The notes: a model not told the origin generated them from the sequence alone. A stretch of DNA of 64,000 nt from Candidatus Spongiisociaceae bacterium (GCA_965219685.1 CBDCOH010000002.1:2368001-2432000), one strand, 5' to 3'. Counted from the first letter of the stretch, positions 28,907 through 39,348 are shown. A program made the numbers and translations.

Positions 28907-30234
28907 ATCTCCTCCCGAGCGACCGACGCCACGACATGGCCCATCGTATCGTCATTCACCCAACCTGTGTACGCCCTCCGAACCCCCGGGATCCAGGCAA
29001 CCCTTCCATCCACCTCCAGAACGGGCCAACCATCGCGCTCGTCTGCGGGTATACGCGCTTCCGACAGCGCGTCCGAAGCCCGCTTGCGCCCCTCACGCAT
29101 CGCTATGCGGTCACCGGCGCCCACCCCTCTGATCACCACGCTCCGCCCCGAGAAGGAACCGATGTCGAACACCTGGCGCCAGCGTGACAAGGGATAGACC
29201 TCCGGCCGGCCGGTCCCCTGGTGAGCGGTCCAGGTCCAAGTCCCCCATCGCAGGGTCGCGTCGAGGTCCCAGCGGACCGGTCCGGGAGGCCCCTGGGTAC
29301 CGGTCCCGATCCGCACGTGGGCGCCGACACGAGTCACCGGATGGCCGCCCGTGACCAGGGCGTTGCTCCCGCCCTTTGCCACTCCGAGGACAGCTTCGAC
29401 ATCCGCCCTGGTACCCGGGTAGCCGCCCGCCATTGCGCGCAGCGCCCTCCGCACCACTCGTGCGGCCAGGCTCGGCGGGAGGGTTCGGAGCAGTCCCGTG
29501 GGAATCCTCACGGTGCCTGCGCTCTGCTCGATCTTCACGCCGCCGGCCACCTCATCCAGAAAGGCCAGGTCTGTCTGCGCCAGCCCGGCCAACTCCACCA
29601 GCCTCCTCGAGATGCCGGACGAGATCGATCGTTCCCACTCGCCCAGAACCCGCCGGATCCGGACTCGCCTGAACGAGACATCGTGGTTGGCCGGATCATC
29701 GACGAACGGCAGCCGGAGCAGGCGGGCCAGTTCACGTGTCTCGGAGCGCGTCACGTCGAGCAGGGGCCGCACCAGGCTGTTCCTGCGCCGATGGATCCCG
29801 CGGAGCCCGTCCAGCCCCGATCCCCAGATGAGGTTGCCCAGCACGGTCTCCGCCTGGTCGGTCGATGTATGACCGGTTGCGACCAACTCGCCGGGGCGGA
29901 CCATCCCATCCAGCGCCGCATAGCGGGCCCGGCGGGCCACCTCTTCGGCTGAGCCCGAACCCGACATCGTGATCCTTGCCGTCCGGAAACCCAGGCCGAG
30001 CCGGTCGGCCACCGCCGCGGCGGCCGACTCCATCCGATCAGAGGCGGGCCAGCCGTGGTGAACATGGACTGCCCGCACCGGTCGCCCATGCTGGAGTATG
30101 GCCCACGCAAGAACAGCGCTGTCCGCTCCGCCGCTGAGCGCAACCACCAAGGGAGCTCCGGACTCGCCCAGCCCCCCTCTGACCCTGTCTACGACTTCCG
30201 ACCCGAGCCGGGTCAGCCGACGCGAGCCAGCCAA
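28885..30234 (-). CDS. tilS: tRNA(Ile)-lysidine synthetase
   Basis: ALSGGADS, HVHHG, ARRARY, TGHT..DQAET, RPLL, DP.N; start uncertain (30234-30309). Confidence 0.95.
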   Translation of the reverse strand: MAGSRRLTRLGSEVVDRVRGGLGESGAPLVVALSGGADSAVLAWAILQHGRPVRAVHVHHGWPASDRMESAAAAVADRLGLGFRTARITMSGSGSAEEVARRARYAALDGMVRPGELVATGHTSTDQAETVLGNLIWGSGLDGLRGIHRRRNSLVRPLLDVTRSETRELARLLRLPFVDDPANHDVSFRRVRIRRVLGEWERSISSGISRRLVELAGLAQTDLAFLDEVAGGVKIEQSAGTVRIPTGLLRTLPPSLAARVVRRALRAMAGGYPGTRADVEAVLGVAKGGSNALVTGGHPVTRVGAHVRIGTGTQGPPGPVRWDLDATLRWGTWTWTAHQGTGRPEVYPLSRWRQVFDIGSFSGRSVVIRGVGAGDRIAMREGRKRASDALSEARIPADERDGWPVLEVDGRVAWIPGVRRAYTGWVNDDTMGHVVASVAREEMWKPVGY

Positions 30235-31250
30235 GACTCGGGCGCCTTGATCTCCGAGCGCGTGGGCAGGGTCTCGGGCGACTCCCATGCAATGTCCACA
30301 GCCGACCAACCGGCCCTACGCTCGACGTGGAGAATGAAGTCCCTTCCCTCCTCGTACTGCCGGAGCTTCATCTCCAGCCCGGTGAGTCTCAGCAAGGCAG
30401 CCACCCGCGGGTTGTTCCGTCGCTGGGCGAGCAACCCGGACATCCTGCGCCACGTAACCAACTGGCGGGACCCGATCCGATCCATCACCACATGACCATG
30501 ACCCTCGAGCAGTGACATGAGCGCCTGCACCTTGTCGAGACGGCGGAGTTCGGCGGGTGTCGCCATGAGTCCCGGGATGCCGGCCTCGCCGAGCGAGAAA
30601 AAGCCCTCTACGCCGGCCCGCTGGATCCCCGAGACGAGCACGGCGAGCCGGGATTCGTCCGGTTTGGAAACGTTGAGAAGCCCCATCGCGAGATCCAGGA
30701 AGTACGACCTCAACCAGGGGACCCCGACGAACTGGAGCCGGTGAGTGGCTTCGTGGAGCGCGACCCAGAAGCGGAACTCGTCCGGACGGAGTTGGTTCCT
30801 TCGCTCGAACTCCAGGATGTTGGGAGCGGGCAGGCAGATCTCGTCACCGCTCCCGGCCGAAGGAATAACCAACTCGTACTGCCCCAGAACCCGGTGGGAA
30901 AGGAGCCCGAGCAGCACGCCCATCTCGATCGCCAAAAGCCGTCCCGAGAGTCCGTCGCCCAGTCCGGCATCCGCCAATTCGTTCTCCAGCGAACTCTCAA
31001 CCGGACTGAGTAGGGCAGAGAAGAAGGCCAGGTTACGTTCCACCCAGGTCAATCGGTCTATGACCGCAACTCTCGGGACGTCGCCACCCGACAGGCCCGT
31101 CTCATCCTCGACCATTCCCGCAGCCCGCACGACCATCGAGGGAGCCGTCTCTTCAAGTACGCGCCGGTGGTAACCATCGGCGAGGGGATAGGTGCCGGCC
31201 AACCGACCGGCTATGCGGGCTGCCTGCTCGACGTGCACATCATCCATCAT
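30213..31250 (-). CDS. Zinc-dependent metalloprotease (actinobacterial zincin, F420-biosynthesis-associated family)
   Basis: VLGQYE, WVALHEATHRLQF, MSLLEGHG.VVMD, K.RQYEEG..F; usual position upstream of tilS. Confidence 0.9.
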   Translation of the reverse strand: MMDDVHVEQAARIAGRLAGTYPLADGYHRRVLEETAPSMVVRAAGMVEDETGLSGGDVPRVAVIDRLTWVERNLAFFSALLSPVESSLENELADAGLGDGLSGRLLAIEMGVLLGLLSHRVLGQYELVIPSAGSGDEICLPAPNILEFERRNQLRPDEFRFWVALHEATHRLQFVGVPWLRSYFLDLAMGLLNVSKPDESRLAVLVSGIQRAGVEGFFSLGEAGIPGLMATPAELRRLDKVQALMSLLEGHGHVVMDRIGSRQLVTWRRMSGLLAQRRNNPRVAALLRLTGLEMKLRQYEEGRDFILHVERRAGWSAVDIAWESPETLPTRSEIKAPESWLARVG

Positions 31251-31302
31251 GAGCGGGCCCGTTCACGGACCTTCCGAGTAAGGCGTCGGCGCCTCTCGAT
31301 CC

Positions 31303-31623
31303 TCACCGGATCACGCGATACCGATTCTTGGTGACCCTGACGAAATACATGACGATGGCTCCGACGACGGCCACCGTGCCGAGCAACAACGTGGCCGGAA
31401 CCAGGAAGCGGTACGACCACTCGGGGTCCGGTTGAGCCGGGGCGTCGTCGGGCACCGGTACTGCGGGCTCGGGAACTTCGGCGACCGGAGTCTCGACCGG
31501 GCCGTTCTCCTGGGCACCGACCGGAGCAACGGATACGCCGCCGAACCAAAGGACAAGCAGTGCAAGTGTCAGCAACGGGATGAGGAGGCCGGCGGGCACG
31601 TTGAATCGGACGGATCGCGACAT
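31303..31623 (-). CDS. Small secreted or membrane-anchored hypothetical protein
   Basis: Signal peptide ending VGA-Q, Pro/Glu linker, C-terminal TM helix and basic tail. Confidence 0.7.
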   Translation of the reverse strand: MSRSVRFNVPAGLLIPLLTLALLVLWFGGVSVAPVGAQENGPVETPVAEVPEPAVPVPDDAPAQPDPEWSYRFLVPATLLLGTVAVVGAIVMYFVRVTKNRYRVIR

Positions 31624-31657
31624 TAGTCCAACTGTACCATCCGGAAGGCGTTGTTCA

Positions 31658-32602
31658 CTAATACCCGACCCGCTGAGAGGGTCCGTCGGAGCCGGACGCG
31701 GCGGGAAGGGGTTGGCGGAACAAGCCGGGCGGGACCGGGCAGCCGGCCCGGACAAGAGCGAGGCGCCAGGAGGGTGACGAACCCATCGCCCAGCGCAGCG
31801 AGGCTGTAGCGACCCGACCCGCCAGGTGTCCCCCCGGGACGTCCCTCATCCCGAGGATGCGGCGGATGCGGACGGGGGTTATGGCGACCGCTCCCCTGAA
31901 CAGGAGGCTGTACCCGGCCTTGTGGAGAGGACCTAGGGGTGGATCGGACAGGAACTCCACCGCGGCCTGCATGCCTGGTGAACGTTCCAGATCGGGATGG
32001 CCCCCGACCCAGTCCCTCAACGCGCCGGCGTCCGTGGGCAGGGGGTCCGCGTCCAGCATTCGCCCGATCCGCGCCTGCTCGGCCACGAACCGGTCGGCTT
32101 CCGAAGGCGCCAGGGACCTGGGACCGTATGCCTGGAAGGCGGCCAGGAACGAGTCGGTGAGCACGTTGTGGACCCAGGCCGAGAGGGCGGGCGCGCCTGC
32201 CGAGTACGGCAGGCCCCGATGGGATCGCCCGACAACCATCTGGTGGGCGGCACGGACGAGATCGACGGCCCGGGAAACCTCGGGCATGGCGCCGAAAGTG
32301 GTAGCGGTCACGTATGCCGAAGTGCGGGACAGACGGCCCAGTGGATCCTCCCTGAACAGCGAGTGGTCGGCCACGCCGGCCACGACCTCGGGATGGGCGC
32401 TCTGGATCAGGAGCGCCCGGATGCCTCCCACGAAGGCCGCCACATCCCCTATCAGGGGCCACGAAGCAGATCCAGGGCCGCATACCCCCGGGTCGCCCGG
32501 ATAGTCGAGGGTCCTCCGCAGCGGGTACTCGACATGACTGAACAGACCGGCCGTAGACGCTCGGATCCGCGTGCGCAGATAGCCCGGAGTCCCGGCCGCC
32601 AC
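31658..32602 (-). CDS. MpaB/DUF2236 (Lcp-like) oxygenase family protein
   Basis: GPGSASW, GGIRALLIQSAHP.V.AGVADHS, RL.RT, AH..V.G, WVH. Confidence 0.9.
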   Translation of the reverse strand: MAAGTPGYLRTRIRASTAGLFSHVEYPLRRTLDYPGDPGVCGPGSASWPLIGDVAAFVGGIRALLIQSAHPEVVAGVADHSLFREDPLGRLSRTSAYVTATTFGAMPEVSRAVDLVRAAHQMVVGRSHRGLPYSAGAPALSAWVHNVLTDSFLAAFQAYGPRSLAPSEADRFVAEQARIGRMLDADPLPTDAGALRDWVGGHPDLERSPGMQAAVEFLSDPPLGPLHKAGYSLLFRGAVAITPVRIRRILGMRDVPGGHLAGRVATASLRWAMGSSPSWRLALVRAGCPVPPGLFRQPLPAASGSDGPSQRVGY

Positions 32603-32609
32603 GATCAGA

Positions 32610-32849
32610 TCAGCGGCGAGTCAGGTCGCGAATGGAGCGCCTTATGCGATCGACCATCTCGGGCGGCGCTTCGACTCTGGAATGGTCACGGATGAATCTG
32701 AGGAGACGCTGTTCGAACTCGTAGGCCCGCTCGCAGTTCAGGCAACTGCGCAGGTGGAGCCGGATCCGCACTTTGCGGACCGCCCGAATCTCCCCGTCCA
32801 GGTACGAGTAGACGCGGGACAACGCTCGGATACAACTCCCTCTATCCAT
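32610..32849 (-). CDS. rsrA: Zinc-binding anti-sigma factor (RsrA/RshA type)
   Basis: C..A..RVY.YLDGE and HLRSCLNC (HxxxCxxC); directly downstream of the ECF sigma factor. Confidence 0.88.
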   Translation of the reverse strand: MDRGSCIRALSRVYSYLDGEIRAVRKVRIRLHLRSCLNCERAYEFEQRLLRFIRDHSRVEAPPEMVDRIRRSIRDLTRR

Positions 32850-33426
32850 GGTCGAAGTCACCCGTAGAGTCCACGATGCCCTGCTCCCTCGCCGTCTCCC
32901 ACAATAACTTCTGCAGCGCCTTTCTTCCACGATGAAGGCGGGACATGACCGTACCGATGGGGATTTCGAGCATGGCGGCGATTTCCTTGTACGAAAAGCC
33001 CTGGATGTCAGCCATCAGGACCGGCATCCGGTAGGGTGCCGGCAGGGAGTCTATGGCGTTCCGCACATCGGCGCCTTCGAGCGCCTCGAACACTTGGTCC
33101 TCGGCCGACCGCGCCACCCTGTTGCCCTCCAGCGGCGCCAGCTTCCGGTAGAGGTACAGGTCTTGGACCTCGTCCAGTTCGACTTCGTGGGGACGGCGCT
33201 GCAGCTTCCGGTAGCGGTTGATAAAGGTATTGGTAAGGATCCTGTAGAGCCAAGCACGCAGGTTGGTGCCCTCGGTGAACCCCTCGTAACCGCGGTACGC
33301 CTTCAAGAACGTCTCCTGCACCAGGTCCTCGGCATCGGCCGGGTTGCGGGTCATCCGGAGCGCGGCCGAGTAGAGCCTGTGGGCGTGTTGGAGCGCATCC
33401 CGCTCGAAGTCTGCCGTATCCGCCAT
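32842..33426 (-). CDS. sigH: ECF sigma factor, SigH/SigR type
   Basis: [56 protein letters not shown]. Confidence 0.92.
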   Translation of the reverse strand: MADTADFERDALQHAHRLYSAALRMTRNPADAEDLVQETFLKAYRGYEGFTEGTNLRAWLYRILTNTFINRYRKLQRRPHEVELDEVQDLYLYRKLAPLEGNRVARSAEDQVFEALEGADVRNAIDSLPAPYRMPVLMADIQGFSYKEIAAMLEIPIGTVMSRLHRGRKALQKLLWETAREQGIVDSTGDFDHG

Positions 33427-33528
33427 CGTCCCACGCCCTGCTCGACTGCCATCAGGCAGATGGCCTCCACACCCCCGCCGAATGATGCGGACCGGATGCC
33501 CGGTGGCAGGGGCGGTGGCGGTCCACCG

Positions 33529-33601
33529 AGCCGGAGAGGGGAATCGAACCCCTGACCTGCTCATTACGAGTGAGCCGCTCTGCCGACTGAGCTACTCCGG
33601 C
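33529..33601 (-). tRNA. tRNA-Thr(CGT)
   Basis: GCCGGAG acceptor stem, TAGCTCAGTCGGCAGAGC D-arm, anticodon loop CT-CGT-AA, GGTTCGATTCC T-arm; CCA not encoded. Confidence 0.97.
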
Positions 33602-33736
33602 GCGATCAATGATCCTAGCCGGAGCGGTCGGCCTACCCTACGGTGCGATCTCCGAGAGATGCGCCAGGTGACGGTCCACACCCCGACCCCGCCATGCCCA
33701 CCACAGGGACGGACCGGTCACCATCCCGGGAGCAGC

Positions 33737-34393
33737 TCAATCGGTGGAGAGCCCATCGGAGGACAGAGACCGTATCTCCCGGTCGAGAACCGAGAAGACC
33801 GCATCCGTGAGAGCTCTCACCCCGTCCGAACCTTCGAATCGGGACGGTTCGATCGGGCAGCCCACCACAACCCGGATGGGTGCCCGCCTGATCCTCATCC
33901 CGTCCAAGGGCATGGCGTGCTGTGTTCCCCACACCGCGACCGGCACGATCGGGACATCGGCGCGGGTCGCAAGCCAGGCCGCGCCCGAGGCGACCGGCGC
34001 CTCTCCCCAGTCACGCACCCGGCGGCCCTCCGGAAACACCCCGACGATCCCGCCCGCCTCGAGGTGGCGCAGAGCCGCCCTGAATGCCCCGACCGGATAG
34101 CGGCGTTCCCTGGGGAACGGGATCGCGCCGAACAGGTTGAAAACCCAGTCGAGGATCACCGCATTACCCCACAGCTCGTCGAGTGCCAGGAACCGGACGG
34201 GCCGACCAAGAGCGAGACCGGCGATCGGCGGATCGAGATGGGACAGGTGGTTGATGGCCGCCACATACGGCCCGGCCGGTGGTCTGCATCGTCTAACCGC
34301 TGAATACGGGAACCAGGCGGCCAGTACCCGGGCCGGCGGCCACGCGAGCCTCCAGAGCGCGCGGCGCGCTAACCCCTCCCAATAGCCGGGCAC
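33737..34393 (-). CDS. 1-acyl-glycerol-3-phosphate / lysophospholipid acyltransferase
   Basis: NHLSHLD (HxxxxD), FPEG, PIVPVA. Confidence 0.92.
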   Translation of the reverse strand: MPGYWEGLARRALWRLAWPPARVLAAWFPYSAVRRCRPPAGPYVAAINHLSHLDPPIAGLALGRPVRFLALDELWGNAVILDWVFNLFGAIPFPRERRYPVGAFRAALRHLEAGGIVGVFPEGRRVRDWGEAPVASGAAWLATRADVPIVPVAVWGTQHAMPLDGMRIRRAPIRVVVGCPIEPSRFEGSDGVRALTDAVFSVLDREIRSLSSDGLSTD

Positions 34394-34399
34394 GCGGCG

Positions 34400-35494
34400 T
34401 CACTCCTCCTGCGACCGCAGCCTCAGCGCTTCGAGTTGCTCGTCCGTCCCGAAGCAGATCAGCAGATCGTCCGCCTGGAATACCAAGTGCAGGGAGGGAT
34501 TCGTAATGAAGGAACCATCCCGGAGCACGGCCAGAACGGAGGCCCCGGTGGTGCTCCGGATTGCGCAGTCCGCCAGCGACCGATCTGCGAACACCGAACC
34601 GGCGGCTACCCTGATCTCGACGAGCCGTACCGCGAAATCGCCGTTGTTCATCACGACGTCCAGGAACTGAGCCACTTCCGGATGCGCGACCAGGGCCGCC
34701 ATTCGCGCCCCACCGATCTGGTCCGGATTGACCACGCGGTCTGCTCCCGCGTGCTGCAGCTTGGCGACCGTGGCGGACTCGTTGGCCCTGGCCACTATGA
34801 AAATGTCCGGGTTGATGTAGCGCGCAGTGAGCGTTATGAACAGGTTGTCGACATCGGAGTCGAGGGCGACGATCAGGGTCTTAGCCTGCCCGAGCCCGGC
34901 TCGGACAAGGACATCGTCGTCAGTGGCATCACCGACCACGACCCGGTGTTGGACACCATGCATGGCCGCCGGCTCATCGCGGTCGACGATTACCACTTCT
35001 TCGCCGGCCCGGATCAACTCGTCCTCGATTGCTTTTCCGACCTGGCCGAATCCGCACAGGACCACATGATCCCTCAACCGCTCGATCCTGCGTTGCATGC
35101 GTCGCCTCCGGAACCGGTCGTCGAGCCTACCTTCGAACATCGTCTCGATGAGGACGCCCAGCGTATACAGGCTGGTGCCAGTGCCGAACAGGATGAGGAA
35201 GACCGTGAAGACCTGGTAACGCTCGGCCACCGGACCTACCTCCCGGTACCCGACGGTGGAGATGGTGATCACGGTCTGGTAAACGGCGTCCAGGAAGTCG
35301 AGACCGAGCGCCACGTAGCCGCCGGTGCCCGCCAGCAGCACCAGAGCGATCACGCCTAGACCCGCTCGGAACCGTCGCCACGGATCCTCGAGAGCATGGG
35401 CGGCCGAAAGCCGCCGGGATATCAACTTCACGCCAGCGAAGGATAGATACAGTGGCTGGCGGTCACGGACCACAGGACACCGGGCGCGGACCAC
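34400..35494 (-). CDS. Two-TM potassium channel with TrkA-N/TrkA-C (RCK) domains
   Basis: Pore TISTVGYRE, CGFGQVG, GDATDD, GADRVVNP; true start probably ~60 bp downstream. Confidence 0.92.
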   Translation of the reverse strand: MVRARCPVVRDRQPLYLSFAGVKLISRRLSAAHALEDPWRRFRAGLGVIALVLLAGTGGYVALGLDFLDAVYQTVITISTVGYREVGPVAERYQVFTVFLILFGTGTSLYTLGVLIETMFEGRLDDRFRRRRMQRRIERLRDHVVLCGFGQVGKAIEDELIRAGEEVVIVDRDEPAAMHGVQHRVVVGDATDDDVLVRAGLGQAKTLIVALDSDVDNLFITLTARYINPDIFIVARANESATVAKLQHAGADRVVNPDQIGGARMAALVAHPEVAQFLDVVMNNGDFAVRLVEIRVAAGSVFADRSLADCAIRSTTGASVLAVLRDGSFITNPSLHLVFQADDLLICFGTDEQLEALRLRSQEE

Positions 35495-35509
35495 TCATCA
35501 CTCACCAGC

Positions 35510-36754
35510 TCAGAGTGCTGCGGTCAGTCCGCCGGCGGCTGCAGTGAAAGTCACGACCAACCATGGAGGGAGCTTCCAGAACGCGAGCATTAGGAATGCT
35601 ATGAGTGCCAACCCGAAGTCGGCAGGCCCGAGAATTGCGCTCGACCACAGCGGATCGTAGAGAGCCGACAGCAGAATCCCCACCACCACTGCGTTGACAC
35701 CTCGCAGGACTGCCTGTACACGCGGCCGGGAACGCATAGCCCCGAACGTGGGCAGGGTGGCTACCACGATCAGGAAGGACGGCAGGTAGATGGCGGACAA
35801 GGCGAGGGCGGCGCCCGCCACCCCGTTGGGCTCAGGACCCATGGCGAACCCGATATAGGCCGCGAACGTGAAGATCGGCCCGGGTATGGCCTGAGCTGCG
35901 CCGAAGCCGGCGAGGAACGTCTCCTCGTCGATCCAACCGGACTCCACCACCTCTCGCTCGAGCAACGGCAGGACCACCGGAGCGCCCCCGAACACGAGGG
36001 CGCCCGAACCGTAGAAGGCGTCGGCGGTATCGATGGCGTGAGAATCGAGCGCGGCGCGCACCACCGGCAGCGCCACCAGCAGGCCAACGAACAGCGCAAT
36101 GCTCACCACCGCCGCCCCCCGACCGGCGCCCAACTCACGGGAGCGGGCCACCGGCGTCTCCCGGCGCAGTAGGAACCATCCCAGGATCCCGCCGGCGACT
36201 ATGACCACCACGATGGTCGTGCGCGCCGAGGACGGGAACGCAAGGAGAGCAGCGGTGGCGAGGACGACCATCGAACTCCGCGTCTTGTCAGGAGCCAGTT
36301 GGCGCCACAGTTTCCATACGGCCAAAGCCACCACCGGCACCGCCACGACCACCAGCCCATGGATCCATCCCGCGAGCTGATCGGTCAGCCGTGAGGCCGT
36401 CCATGCGAACGCGGTGAGCAACACGGCAGATGGGAGGGCAAAACCGAGCCACGCCGCGAGGCCGCCCAGCATCCCGCGGCGCATGATGCCGATGGCGATG
36501 GCCAACTTGCTGCTTCCCGCTCCCGGGAACACCTGGGAGAGGGCGACCAGGTCCGCAAACGTCTTGGTGTCGAGCCACCCTCGTCGCTGCACGTACTCGT
36601 CCTCGAAGTACGCGAAGTGGGCCAGCGGACCCCCGAAGGCAACGCACCCCAGCCGAAGAGACACCAGAAAGATCCGGATGGCGGACTCCCGCTCCGGGGC
36701 CGGACCTCCCGCTGCGGATGTACCGACCGGTTCGCGGTCTTGCCTACCGGTCAC
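35510..36754 (-). CDS. chrA: Long-chain chromate-ion (CHR) transporter
   Basis: Two CHR halves: AFGGP.AH...PG and FGG..VVLPLL...AQAIPGP. Confidence 0.93.
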   Translation of the reverse strand: MTGRQDREPVGTSAAGGPAPERESAIRIFLVSLRLGCVAFGGPLAHFAYFEDEYVQRRGWLDTKTFADLVALSQVFPGAGSSKLAIAIGIMRRGMLGGLAAWLGFALPSAVLLTAFAWTASRLTDQLAGWIHGLVVVAVPVVALAVWKLWRQLAPDKTRSSMVVLATAALLAFPSSARTTIVVVIVAGGILGWFLLRRETPVARSRELGAGRGAAVVSIALFVGLLVALPVVRAALDSHAIDTADAFYGSGALVFGGAPVVLPLLEREVVESGWIDEETFLAGFGAAQAIPGPIFTFAAYIGFAMGPEPNGVAGAALALSAIYLPSFLIVVATLPTFGAMRSRPRVQAVLRGVNAVVVGILLSALYDPLWSSAILGPADFGLALIAFLMLAFWKLPPWLVVTFTAAAGGLTAAL

Positions 36755-36814
36755 AGAGTCCCTCCGGTGAATGGTCAGTGATTCTCGACCGGGACGATAC
36801 CGACCTCGATGGTC

Positions 36815-36982
36815 TCAGCCGGGAGAAGCCACTCTCCCGCGACCCGGCGCGCCTATCACCTCTCCGCGCTCGTAAACCACCCGGCCCCGCAGGATCGTGC
36901 GATCGATGGCCCCGACAACCGGGCGCCCCGCGTCGGGCGTCCAACCGCACTTGCTGTGCACCAGGTCGTCGCTGATGACCTT
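36815..36982 (-). pseudogene. C-terminal remnant of a dihydroorotase/allantoinase-type amidohydrolase
   Basis: VISDDLVHSKCGWTP..G..V.G....TILRG.VVY..GEV.G.PGRGR*. Confidence 0.75.
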
Positions 36983-37203
36983 CGGAACCCGTCCTCGAGG
37001 GACTCGGAGTGCGTCACATCGGCTTCGATACCGGCAGCAATGCCTCCCGAGTTCCGGAGCCGGGCGGCGGCTCGGGCCGCGGCCCCACCGTCGACGTCCA
37101 GGACAGCTACCCGCCCACCTTCCGCGATGATGTGCTCGGCCACGGCCATCCCGATACCGCCGACCGCTCCTGTGACGACGGTCGCCCTCTCCTCGAGCGT
37201 CAC
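36983..37203 (-). pseudogene. N-terminal remnant of a short-chain dehydrogenase (SDR)
   Basis: GTG start; LEERATVVTGAVGGIG (TGxxxGIG)...VLDVD...ADVT; ends before the NNAG and YxxxK motifs. Confidence 0.8.
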
Positions 37204-37339
37204 GGCAATCCCGCTCCGGATCCGGAAAGGCTGAGGAGGGCGTGCGGCAGAGGCGCATCGTGTGTGGGATGACCTTGGATCGTGGGCAGCAACCGGCCGT
37301 CTCCGGCAGGCATCTGGACCCTGCAACTACAGTCCACAA

Positions 37340-37360
37340 CGATATCGGATCACGATATCG
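37340..37360. promoter_or_regulatory. Operator-like motif, copy 1: CGATATCG-gatca-CGATATCG
   Basis: Perfect copy in a divergent promoter region, just downstream of a TACAGT -10-like box (37328-33). Confidence 0.85.
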
Positions 37361-37394
37361 AGTGTCGAGGGCCTTGCGCGGAGGCAAGAACCGG

Positions 37395-38711
37395 ATGGAC
37401 CGCAACCCGCTGGATGTACTCGCCGACCACATACTCGAGCTCAGGTTCGAGGCGATACCCGACCAGGTGATAAGGCAGGCGAAGGCCGTCATACGCCACG
37501 ACCTGGCAGTCGGGATGCTCGGCAGCGGCACCGACGAGGCCCTTAGAGCAGTGGATTTCGCGACTTCGACGGGCAATTCGGGCTCGTCGACCGTAATCGG
37601 GCACCGGATGACACTGGCTCCGATCGACGCGGCGTTCGCCAACGCGGTGATCATGCGCTCGCTCCGGCAGGAGGATTCGATCCTCCCTTCGTTCATCCAC
37701 CCCGGTCCCATGGTCATACCCCCCGCCCTGGCGATCGCCGAAGCACGCGGGCTTGCCGGACACGAGGTGATCACCGCGGTGGTAGCGGCCTACAACGTGC
37801 TCGGAGTGTTGGCCGGATCGGAATGGACGTGGGAGAAGTGCGCCCGCACGCCTTCCCATGTATACGGCGCTTTCGGAGCGGCAGCCGTTTCGGCCCGGCT
37901 CCTGGGTCTGGACCCCGATCAGACGCGAACGGCGCTGGCTTACGCCGGTAACTACGGCGCGATGATCACCCACGGTTTCCACAACCACCAGTACGGCGTC
38001 CTGGCCCGTAACGGTATGACCGCGGCCGGACTCGGGCGAGCTAGGGCCCCTTACAGGGAAGATGCTCTCGAAGGGCCGCACGGCTTCTTCGAAGCCCAGG
38101 TCGGCGCAGTGCGGCCGAGCCTCCACGAGGACCTGCAAGGAGTCGGAAGGCGCTGGGAGATCATGACCGCCGTTCTCAAGCCCTACCCGTGCACGGCGAT
38201 CAACGTGGTACCGCTCACTCTGATTGAAGAGTTGTTGAGACGGGAAGGACTCTCCGCCGACGGGGTTGCCCGGCTGACGGTACGGAGATCGAGAGATTCG
38301 TTCCGCGTTCCCGGGATCAACGACCCTGATCCGCATGCGAAGGAGTTCGGACGGGTCAGTTCGCTGCAGTTCAACCTGGCGGTCATGCTGCTGCGAGGAT
38401 CGGTGACACCGGAGTCTCATAGGGATCCCGACCTCGCCGAACGTGCCGCCGGCCTGGCGGGCATCATCCGGATCGAGCCTTCCGCCTCGACGGACCTACT
38501 CCACCACGAGGTACTCCTGACCGCATCGGACGGACGCCGGTTCCGTGTCTCCGGAGGTGCGGAGGTCCTGGCCGCGCCCCGACCGGTGGCCATCGCGCGG
38601 ATGTATCCCGGGAGCGACTCGACGGCAGCCCGGATCGAACGGATGGTCTCCGAGGTCCATCAACTCGACTCGGCCGACCGCGTAACCGGGTTGATGCGAT
38701 GCGTCGCGTGA
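37395..38711 (+). CDS. MmgE/PrpD family protein (divergent)
   Basis: L.FEAIP..V...AK, AAFANA, ED...HPG..VIPPALA, ARNG..AA, LEG..GFF, KPYPC. Confidence 0.9.
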   Translation: MDRNPLDVLADHILELRFEAIPDQVIRQAKAVIRHDLAVGMLGSGTDEALRAVDFATSTGNSGSSTVIGHRMTLAPIDAAFANAVIMRSLRQEDSILPSFIHPGPMVIPPALAIAEARGLAGHEVITAVVAAYNVLGVLAGSEWTWEKCARTPSHVYGAFGAAAVSARLLGLDPDQTRTALAYAGNYGAMITHGFHNHQYGVLARNGMTAAGLGRARAPYREDALEGPHGFFEAQVGAVRPSLHEDLQGVGRRWEIMTAVLKPYPCTAINVVPLTLIEELLRREGLSADGVARLTVRRSRDSFRVPGINDPDPHAKEFGRVSSLQFNLAVMLLRGSVTPESHRDPDLAERAAGLAGIIRIEPSASTDLLHHEVLLTASDGRRFRVSGGAEVLAAPRPVAIARMYPGSDSTAARIERMVSEVHQLDSADRVTGLMRCVA

Positions 38712-38811
38712 CCACCGGCGCAGCGGGGCCGGGTCGTAACGACCGGTCGGGAGTCACGGCCGCGCTGTTAGCGTGCCCCGAACCCGAACCCCGGCGCGGG
38801 GAGGAGCCGCC

Positions 38812-39180
38812 ATGATGGAAGACCTGATCGCGAATACCTACGACGTGATCGACGCCAACCCGGTCCTCGCGGGCGAGACCTTCCGGGTAACCCACCTTCA
38901 ACGAACCGAGAGATCCACGAGCGCGGTGTGCTCCATCGAGGCGGGCGGGGGCCTACGACCGCACATCCACCACCACCACGACGAGGTCATCGTCTTCCTG
39001 GAAGGCGAAGCCGACTTCCGCCTCGGCGACGAGATACGGCAGGTGAGAGCCGGTGATGTGGCGGTCGTACCGGCCGGAACCGCACACGCCACTATGAACG
39101 CCGCCACCCGTGTGGTCATAGCCGCGGTCTTCGCTCCCAACTTCGATCCCGAGAACGAGGACCGCGAGTACGTCGACTGA
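38812..39180 (+). CDS. Cupin domain protein
   Basis: PHIH..HDE....LEG, AGD..VVPAG..H; GAGGAG RBS. Confidence 0.9.
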   Translation: MMEDLIANTYDVIDANPVLAGETFRVTHLQRTERSTSAVCSIEAGGGLRPHIHHHHDEVIVFLEGEADFRLGDEIRQVRAGDVAVVPAGTAHATMNAATRVVIAAVFAPNFDPENEDREYVD

Positions 39181-39348
39181 CCGTCTGGGTGTCAGGTGAT
39201 TGTACGGATTCCTGACATCTTCGACTGCCGAAGTCGACCGGCATAACGAGCAAGGTGCGGTAGCCGTTTACGGCAACCGGCAACCCGCACCTGACTGCCG
39301 CCGCGGCCGGTTGGGAAGCGAGCCGGTGGGCCACGTAGTGTGGTGCCC

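Noticed and set aside
33529-33601. tRNA-Thr as the integration site of the 37-64 kb island
   Set aside because: Its 3' end faces sigH, away from the island; no integrase or duplicated tRNA 3' end was seen.
39185-39340. Structured RNA upstream of the M20 hydrolase
   Set aside because: Only two short hairpins (GTCAGG/CCTGAC, TCGACT/AGTCGA); insufficient evidence.
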